Source of the DNA: a virus
Taxonomy: Duplodnaviria > Caudoviricetes
Direction: 5' to 3' (one strand)
DNA: 64,000 nt
IMG/VR virus record: IMGVR_UViG_3300037721_000031
Coordinates: 160,001-224,000 of that record
In this document: positions 1-5,836 of the stretch, one piece after another
Position numbering within the stretch: position 1 is the first letter of the stretch
How the letters are laid out: each line of letters starts with the position of its first letter
Program-made: the position numbers and the translations under genes
Notes under the pieces: generated by a model
Database searches by the model: none
The model's input: the letters and a program-made list of their open reading frames with translations, nothing else
Told to the model about the DNA's origin: nothing

Positions 1-361
1 TATCTCCACTATACGTAGTTAGAAAATCTTTCATCGTCATTACTACTGGCAGATAATTACCTCGAGTACCTGACTGAACCAGTAGTTTCTGCAGACTCTC
101 TTGCGATGGTTTATTTACAGTAATAAAAAGTGCTTCTCGTTTCAGAGGAAGTGCTCTATTCACCAACGTCATTGTCTTTTCACTCTGACGAATACCACCA
201 AGAAGGATTGTCCGCCACTCACGATAAAGCGTAGGGCTTGCCGTGACAAAACCAGACATTACGCGTCTTATGCTTGTTTCTCTACTATTGATATATGTCT
301 CGAGTGTATCAAGGAGTGAACCCCAATTGATACTGGATTGATGTATGGTCGTATTAGCCAT
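1..361 (-). CDS. Hypothetical protein, truncated by window edge
   Basis: My translation from ATG at 361 (MANTTIHQSSINWG...) stays open to base 1; not in the supplied track because no stop is in view. Confidence 0.75.
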   Translation of the reverse strand, partial: MANTTIHQSSINWGSLLDTLETYINSRETSIRRVMSGFVTASPTLYREWRTILLGGIRQSEKTMTLVNRALPLKREALFITVNKPSQESLQKLLVQSGTRGNYLPVVMTMKDFLTTYSGD

Positions 362-393
362 TATTCAAATGCCTTTTTACTAGTTAAAAAAAC

Positions 394-485
394 TGGCGGA
401 TATGGTAGGATTCGAACCTACGGAACCCATTGCTGGGTTCGACGGTTTAGCAAACCGTTGCGTTAAGCCTCTTTGCCACATATCC
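394..485 (-). tRNA. tRNA-Ser(GCT)
   Basis: Cloverleaf; anticodon arm ACGGT-TTGCTAA-ACCGT; long variable arm; GGTTCGAATCC T-arm; encoded CCA. Confidence 0.95.
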
Positions 486-489
486 AATT

Positions 490-576
490 TGGCTCCACAG
501 GCTGGATTCGAACCAGCAAGACCTTTCGGAAGACGCGTTAACAGCGCGTTGCAGTACCAGTTATGCTTACTGTGGA
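490..576 (-). tRNA. tRNA-Asn(GTT) with extended variable arm
   Basis: Acceptor TCCACAG/CTGTGGA, G73, CCA; anticodon arm ACGCG-CTGTTAA-CGCGT; 15-nt variable region. Confidence 0.9.
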
Positions 577-581
577 ATTGT

Positions 582-1094
582 TCAAATCAAATTATAAGAC
601 TTAACCCATTTACGGACTGCATTATCCGATACACCATACTTCTCACCAAGCTTGACCATTGAAGTGGTTTCAATTTCTAGTGCTAAGACTTCTTTCGAAG
701 GACGTTCGGCTTTCCGACGACCAAAGTCTTGACATGGTCGAGAACAGTACTTCTCTGTATGATCAACCGGCTTATCACATGTTGCGCAACGAATACAACC
801 TAGTGCTTTTCTCTCAGCATATTCGGGCTTTGGAGTGATTATATTTTTGCTGAGCCACGTATGCAGCTTCGCATGCATCGGTCCAGAAAGAACTAGGAGA
901 TTATCTGGAGAATTATTTGTTTTATTCTCATCGAGGTGATGAACTTCTTCACCTTCTTTAAAAGGTCTGTCAAGTAACTCTTCAGCGATCAGTCGATGTT
1001 CGTACTGATAATCTTCGACAGATGCAGTTTCCAATTTTTCAGGATCAACTACAGCCACATAACCATTTTTGATTATTCTTTGTTTCTTAGCCAT
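582..1094 (-). CDS. HNH homing endonuclease with Zn-ribbon and C-terminal HTH
   Basis: YEHR...VHHLDENKTNNSPDNL HNH motif, CxxC pairs; start moved to MAKKQ because the longer ORF runs through two tRNA genes. Confidence 0.9.
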   Translation of the reverse strand: MAKKQRIIKNGYVAVVDPEKLETASVEDYQYEHRLIAEELLDRPFKEGEEVHHLDENKTNNSPDNLLVLSGPMHAKLHTWLSKNIITPKPEYAERKALGCIRCATCDKPVDHTEKYCSRPCQDFGRRKAERPSKEVLALEIETTSMVKLGEKYGVSDNAVRKWVKSYNLI

Positions 1095-1114
1095 AAAATT
1101 TTCGACCTTCTTAT

Positions 1115-1190
1115 TGGTCCGCCCGGAGGGATTCAAACCCCCGACCCGCTGAGTAGAAATCAGCTGCTCTACCAACTGAGCTACCGGGGA
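1115..1190 (-). pseudogene. Degenerate tRNA (anticodon TCT) on an Asn/Lys-type body
   Basis: D and T arms recognisable, but the acceptor has two mismatches, T-loop TTTGAAT and anticodon loop TTTCTAC. Confidence 0.7.
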
Positions 1191-1217
1191 ATAATTCGTT
1201 GTTATCAATATAACAAT

Positions 1218-1294
1218 TGGTTTCTCGACTTGGGCTCGAACCAAGGACCTACAGCTTAGAAGGCTGTTGCTCTATCCAACTGAGCTATCGAGAA
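1218..1294 (-). tRNA. tRNA-Arg(TCT)
   Basis: Acceptor TTCTCGA/TCGAGAA; anticodon arm ACAGC-CTTCTAA-GCTGT; CCA. Confidence 0.95.
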
Positions 1295-1674
1295 ATGTTC
1301 GTCATCTTCTTAATAGCTTTAAGAAGAAGTTTTAAATAGGGTGTTTCAATAGATATATTTGGCTTTGAGAACATTACTTGACCATCTGGAAAATCAAGTC
1401 GTAGCTCTGGTCTGTAGATTACCTGAATGAAACCAAGATCACTACATTTAGATTGTCCTCCTCTTTTGAAGAACTTTCTATAGTCAGATAATCTATTCCA
1501 TCCAAATACGAAATTGGCTATTTTAAGTGCCTCAAGTACTTCATCAGGAAGACTCATCGCCTTCGCCATTTTATCTGGATCATAATGCGGTGTTAGGTAA
1601 CGGACACATACTTGGTCACCATGAAAAGGTCCATTACCTTTCTCATCTTCAAGACGATATACTTTTCTAGGCAT
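1285..1674 (-). CDS. Hypothetical phage protein (VYRLE..G.GP N-terminus)
   Basis: Likely start MPRKV follows the upstream stop; its own stop lies inside tRNA-Arg. Confidence 0.7.
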   Translation of the reverse strand: MPRKVYRLEDEKGNGPFHGDQVCVRYLTPHYDPDKMAKAMSLPDEVLEALKIANFVFGWNRLSDYRKFFKRGGQSKCSDLGFIQVIYRPELRLDFPDGQVMFSKPNISIETPYLKLLLKAIKKMTNISR

Positions 1675-1676
1675 GA

Positions 1677-2108
1677 TTAACAGTATGTCTGTACGCCAGC
1701 AACTAAAATTACTTGTTTCCCGTATACTGCAGTACTGTGCCAACCTAAACGTTTGGCTATTGCTGCAAACATGTAGGTATCAAGGTACTTGCTTGTTATG
1801 TCTGGGGATTGAGTGTGACGCAAGAAATACGCGATCTCGTCGTCCCAGTTATTAGTGATGTTAGTATCGAGACGGTCCTCCCGAGCACAACTCACTGAAA
1901 AAGATTTTATTTGAGACATCAGTGTATTAATAACATTCGGCTGAATGATCACTGAAGGCTGATTTGGTGTTCTATCGTTAGGATCTGGAAACTCGAATCC
2001 GCAAGCTGATACATTACGAGCTGCTCTTAGAAAATAGGCGATAAACGCACCAGTTTCTGGATGATAGAAGTCATCGACATTGCTATTACCGTCTTTACTG
2101 TTCATCAA
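1677..2108 (-). CDS. Hypothetical protein
   Basis: 143-aa codirectional ORF. Confidence 0.65.
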   Translation of the reverse strand: MMNSKDGNSNVDDFYHPETGAFIAYFLRAARNVSACGFEFPDPNDRTPNQPSVIIQPNVINTLMSQIKSFSVSCAREDRLDTNITNNWDDEIAYFLRHTQSPDITSKYLDTYMFAAIAKRLGWHSTAVYGKQVILVAGVQTYC

Positions 2109-2256
2109 ATTACTCCATATTGCTCTAAGTCATATCACTGCTTTAGAGCGGGCTGAGAAAAAAAGAAAACACAACACATTGTGAATACATGAGATTTTGG
2201 CCTCATGTATTCATTACATGCATCTATTTAAGTGCATGTAAAGGTTTAACAAATAA

Positions 2257-2343
2257 TGGTGCCCGGAACCGGGATCGAACCGGTATGACCGTAAGGTCGA
2301 GGGATTTTAAGTCCCTTGCGTCTACCTATTTCGCCACCCGGGC
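2257..2343 (-). tRNA. tRNA-Leu(TAA)
   Basis: Anticodon arm AGGGA-CTTAAAA-TCCCT, long variable arm, CCA; no intron. Confidence 0.95.
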
Positions 2344-2384
2344 ATTCTGAAATCAATTTAACAAATTATGCAACTGTCTCAATA

Positions 2385-2460
2385 TGGTGCCCCCGGTCTG
2401 AATCGAACAGACGACCTTCCGCTTACAAAGCGGGTGCTCTACCAACTGAGCTACGAGGGC
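2385..2460 (-). tRNA. tRNA-Thr(TGT)
   Basis: Canonical cloverleaf; loop TTTGTAA; CCA. Confidence 0.95.
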
Positions 2461-2482
2461 ATTTATTATACCATACTTAAAC

Positions 2483-2806
2483 TGGAACCGATCGCCTGAA
2501 TCGAACAGACTTCTATCACCTAACGTTTATCCCAACTGTTAACTGTGTAACTCACTGCTTCTGCGTCATTGGACTGCCTGTGCTATCTCTTAGCACAGGC
2601 TTCTCTTAGAGAATTTATCCAATTGTCTAGATAGCGGAGATTACTACATTACCAGCATCAATACCCATAGACGTTTATTCACATCCGAAGATGAACGTTC
2701 AGCCAGGGCGGGCTAGGACTAGCTAAATGCTATCTGCTCCTAAGTGGGCAGACTCCTATTGATCAGACTACATACAGTGATTGCTCTACCAATGAGCTAG
2801 ATCGGC
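2483..2806 (-). ncRNA. tRNA-scaffolded RNA with 257-nt insert replacing the anticodon loop
   Basis: Acceptor GCCGATC/GATCGGT, D-arm GCTC-ATTGGTA-GAGC, stem ATCAC/GTGAT, T-arm GTCTG-TTCGATT-CAGGC, CCA; insert 2520-2776 is hairpin-rich. Confidence 0.85.
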
Positions 2807-2830
2807 TTACTACTTTCAAACAACCGTTAC

Positions 2831-3794
2831 CGTACCACTATAGTTTTCACTACCGAGGATGACTTTTCTCAAATGCGACTACAGTCATCTTGGCTGTGCT
2901 AGCCATTTCTTTGGAGACTTCAACGATCTTCTATTAGGAAGACCTCCATCTATATAAATCCAAATACTCTCGTTTGTGGTCTGGACTATGCCTTCATCCA
3001 TTGTTACTCGGCGGCAATCATATCGGCATTGTCACTCCATTTTACTGGGGATATTTCCAATATAGCTATCCACCCTAGACAAAGCACATGTTGTTCATTC
3101 CAACAACACCCGCTCTTTAAGCCTACACTTGGATGATCTCCATCTAGTCTCTACACCTTCAAGAATAATCTACGTACCTTCACAGGTATGTGTATATCAT
3201 TACTAATTCAGATACTAAAGATACCGAGAGTCGAACTCGGACCATTCCACAGCGGAGTCTACCGCTTGACCTATATCTCTAGTACAGTGCTGTGTTCACC
3301 TTCTGAATTAATACATTCAATACATCAATAGCCGGAGGAGCCCTACTCCATGGACGAATCATAGGTTTCGAAGCTACTATCGTCTGTTTATTGTCATACC
3401 TGCCGGCATGACTCAACACTCTACGTTCTTTTAATCGCTACTGAAAAATTACTCAAGCTTGGCTCGGCGTTGACATGGTAAACTTATTACATAAATGGAT
3501 CATCACTTTTGGATGTTTCCATTTTGTTAGGTCCAAGTCTACTTTAGTGTTCGCCGAATTTGAAGATATTCACCTAACAGGGTATAGGATTCTCACCTAG
3601 TACGCTTAGAGTTTGACCTCAATCGTTTCCTGCTATTTTACCGTCTCTCGATTGCATCGTTTCGTACATAGCTTCTTTTTGAAGGAAGCTACATATATCC
3701 CCAACGCATTTTTCGGTGGTGCTCATGTTTCTGCTGGATAGTCATGACTCGTGCTCACATAAGTATTCGCGAATCACTAATACCCATTCAGCAT
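2831..3794 (-). ncRNA. Group I intron (IB-like, ORF-less, large peripheral inserts)
   Basis: P4 UCGGCG/CGCCGA, P3 AUCUUCA/UGGAGAU, P7 GACUA/UAGUC, P8 CAUCCA/UGGAUG, P9.0 ACCAC/GUGGU, terminal G at 2831; core is clear, 5' splice site is inferred. Confidence 0.85.
3215..3282 (-). ncRNA. tRNA-like domain embedded in intron L6
   Basis: 9-bp acceptor-like helix, U8-A9, D-arm GGTC-AAGCGGTA-GACT, perfect T-arm CCGAG-TTCGACT-CTCGG, stunted anticodon arm. Confidence 0.75.
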
Positions 3795-3818
3795 AAGACG
3801 GTTATTTTACTAACTAAA

Positions 3819-4217
3819 CTAGATGGACATTATGAGTACATGTCCATCATCACCAACAATCATGTCTTCAACTTCTTCATGGTCGAAAGGAATGTCTCTG
3901 TAGCGCTCTCGAGCTTCAGCATGTTCCGCTCCACCATTTACTTTCTCTTGTTTTCGTCTCAGAGCTCTGGCTTCATAAGCATGCAAAGCTTGCTTTAAAT
4001 GCCAAATCGCATCTTTAGTTTCGTCACACGGAATCAATCCATCAAGGTAGACAGACCTATCCAAGAGTGCTCGAATGACTTCCTGAGTATTTGTTCCTTG
4101 GTATTCGACATCATGCCTCACATGCCGGCTACTTCTTTTACAGAATTTCAATTCCTGATGACCTGGTGTCCCAAGATTATCAAGATGGTAAATGTGACCT
4201 GCATCAATTATTTTCAT
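3819..4217 (-). CDS. Tad1-like (Tad1/Acb2 fold) anti-defence sponge candidate
   Basis: H.Y...KF.K...G....E...L.DR......P..E...A..H...AL......R...V.G pattern matches Tad1 as I recall it. Confidence 0.65.
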   Translation of the reverse strand: MKIIDAGHIYHLDNLGTPGHQELKFCKRSSRHVRHDVEYQGTNTQEVIRALLDRSVYLDGLIPCDETKDAIWHLKQALHAYEARALRRKQEKVNGGAEHAEARERYRDIPFDHEEVEDMIVGDDGHVLIMSI

Positions 4218-4234
4218 TCAATTTCTCATTAATA

Positions 4235-4490
4235 GCTTGACTCCCTATAGTCCACCAGCCGCATCTTATCCGGGTAATGGACTATAGGTTGCCCTCGTTA
4301 GACTCGTCAGTCTACAGAGAAACAGCTTCCACTCAAAATGGCTGGCAACCAAATCAAGTGACGTACAGTTTAGAAAGTGCCAACTCTCCACTTTAGATGG
4401 TTTTTGCCATCGCTTCCTCCCAGAGCCACGAGTGTCACTGTTAGTCCTCGCAGCTTGGATCATTTATACGAGTATTCCTACTCGTTTCGC
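4235..4490 (-). ncRNA. Putative structured ncRNA or 5' leader
   Basis: Several nested helices, incl. CCTATAGTCCA/TGGACTATAGG, GGTTGCC/GGCAACC, GTGAC/GTCAC, TAGACT/AGTCTA. Confidence 0.55.
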
Positions 4491-4525
4491 TCATTTATTT
4501 TTAAACCGTTGAGCTCATCAGTAAG

Positions 4526-4852
4526 TTACGGTTTCGGATGCTTTACAGCTTCCTCATATAGCTTTGCACTCTTATCAAAAAGCCAAGCAGCTTGATGAAA
4601 TCGGTGTGCTGCTTCATTAACAAGATCCTGAGCTTCCTTTGTGGACTTGTCAATTCCCTTAAGAGAAGTCATTATCTTGTCGGCTTTCTCCTTATTTTCT
4701 TTTGCCAAAGCATATGCTTGGTCAGCTTCTTCAAGGTGATTCCTGTCGTCGTTCATTTCCTGAACTTGCGAGTCTGTGTAATCTTGCTGCATTTGAGGTT
4801 CTGTTATAGTCGTGTATACATTAGTGAGGACCTTTGCATTAGGCATCTTCAT
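4526..4852 (-). CDS. Hypothetical coiled-coil protein
   Basis: 108-aa codirectional ORF, helical and charged. Confidence 0.7.
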   Translation of the reverse strand: MKMPNAKVLTNVYTTITEPQMQQDYTDSQVQEMNDDRNHLEEADQAYALAKENKEKADKIMTSLKGIDKSTKEAQDLVNEAAHRFHQAAWLFDKSAKLYEEAVKHPKP

Positions 4853-4925
4853 ACTTAATCCAGATTGAATGTTTGAATAAGAAAAGAGAATAAGTGTTGA
4901 TGTGATCTCTACTTATTCTATAAAC

Positions 4926-5004
4926 TGGTAGGCCGGGTGAGATTCGAACTCACTATCGCTGGCTTATGAGGCCAGTGCTTATACCAGGCTTATGCTTCCG
5001 GCCC
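4926..5004 (-). tRNA. tRNA(CAT), Met or Ile2
   Basis: Anticodon arm CTGGC-CTCATAA-GCCAG; acceptor GGGCCGG/CCGGCCT with C4-G69 and C5-G68 favours Ile2; atypical A8 and D-arm. Confidence 0.85.
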
Positions 5005-5400
5005 ATTTTTATTTCTATCTCTACTGTATTGTTTCATCCAGACACTCTTTGCTTCTTTGCAAAGGTCACATTTACAGTAGCGATATTCTGTAAGAGTCCC
5101 GTGTTTTGGAATTCTTTTGCTTCTGAACAACTCGTCTGCTTTTTCTCTATTTTGTGGTTTTGTCAGAATCTGCAGATTGTTAATATCGTCGTTTGTTTTA
5201 TCATCGTCTTTGTGATCGACTTCAAGACCATCTGGTACGATATATCCGAGTTTAACAGACATCAAATAACGAGCATATGAAATTGTTGTACTGGTTTCCC
5301 CAGTATTGTAGAGAATAACATTTCTTCTATTCTCTGGGTTTACAACAATGTACCCACATTTCCATTTCTCCTTGAATGGAGATTCTAGTTCTATTTTCAT
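4990..5400 (-). CDS. HNH homing endonuclease
   Basis: VDHKDDDKTNDDINNLQIL motif; stop codon lies inside tRNA(CAT). Confidence 0.9.
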   Translation of the reverse strand: MKIELESPFKEKWKCGYIVVNPENRRNVILYNTGETSTTISYARYLMSVKLGYIVPDGLEVDHKDDDKTNDDINNLQILTKPQNREKADELFRSKRIPKHGTLTEYRYCKCDLCKEAKSVWMKQYSRDRNKNGPEA

Positions 5401-5415
5401 GTTCTTTTTTTTTTT

Positions 5416-5449
5416 AAGCCGCTGCTCTAACCATCTGAGCTAACGGCCC
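5416..5449 (-). pseudogene. 5' half of a tRNA gene, broken at the anticodon loop
   Basis: GGGCCGT-TA-GCTC-AGATGGTTA-GAGC-A-GCGGC-TT, then an A11 run and the HNH start. Confidence 0.85.
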
Positions 5450-5455
5450 TAGAAA

Positions 5456-5716
5456 CTATTGCGGAATCACTACTGTGAAGTTTTCACCACAGTATCCACC
5501 TATCAAATGCTTTCCTTTGGAGCGACCAAATCCAGGGTCGGTTCCTTTACAATAATCCTTGTAACTTCCCTTGTACAACGTCATCGTGTTATCACCACCA
5601 TAGTCTGGATCGGACCACACAAAGTTACCAAGAGCTGTTTCAATGAAGAAGTGCATTCCCCACATGTAGGTGAAGTCACCGACTGCGTTAGCAATTGCTT
5701 CTTTACTAATAGCCAT
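5456..5716 (-). CDS. Hypothetical phage protein
   Basis: 86-aa ORF with SD GGAG. Confidence 0.75.
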   Translation of the reverse strand: MAISKEAIANAVGDFTYMWGMHFFIETALGNFVWSDPDYGGDNTMTLYKGSYKDYCKGTDPGFGRSKGKHLIGGYCGENFTVVIPQ

Positions 5717-5735
5717 GTTGATCTCCTAAAGTTTG

Positions 5736-5825
5736 TGGAGGAAGTGGTGAGATTCGAACTCACGGAGCCATCTCTGACCCAACAGTTTTCAAGACTGTCT
5801 CATTAAACCACTCTGACACACTTCC
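5736..5825 (-). tRNA. tRNA-Ser(TGA)
   Basis: Anticodon arm ACAGT-CTTGAAA-ACTGT, long variable arm, CCA. Confidence 0.95.
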
Positions 5826-5836
5826 AAAAATAAAAC

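Noticed and set aside
1-361. ncRNA at the left edge
   Set aside because: The minus strand is one continuous open frame running off the window.
582-1244. 220-aa version of the HNH ORF
   Set aside because: The first 50 codons run through tRNA genes; MAKKQ at 1094 is the plausible start.
2483-2806. Canonical tmRNA, or a tRNA with a group I intron
   Set aside because: No G3-U70, a full D-stem, and no ANDENY/LAA-like tag. The insert lacks the GACUA...UAGUC P7 order, and no canonical U33 loop can be rebuilt.
2831-3794. T4-type IA2 intron with a homing endonuclease
   Set aside because: P3' follows P7 directly with no P7.1/P7.2, and no ORF of 60 aa or more lies inside on the intron strand.
4266-4463. 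65-aa minus-strand ORF over the leader RNA
   Set aside because: No clear SD or family motif, and the sequence is better explained by nested helices; not fully excluded.
394-5825. Theta (HDV-like) ribozymes after tRNAs
   Set aside because: The tRNAs encode CCA and are followed by short AT-rich trailers without a nested double pseudoknot.
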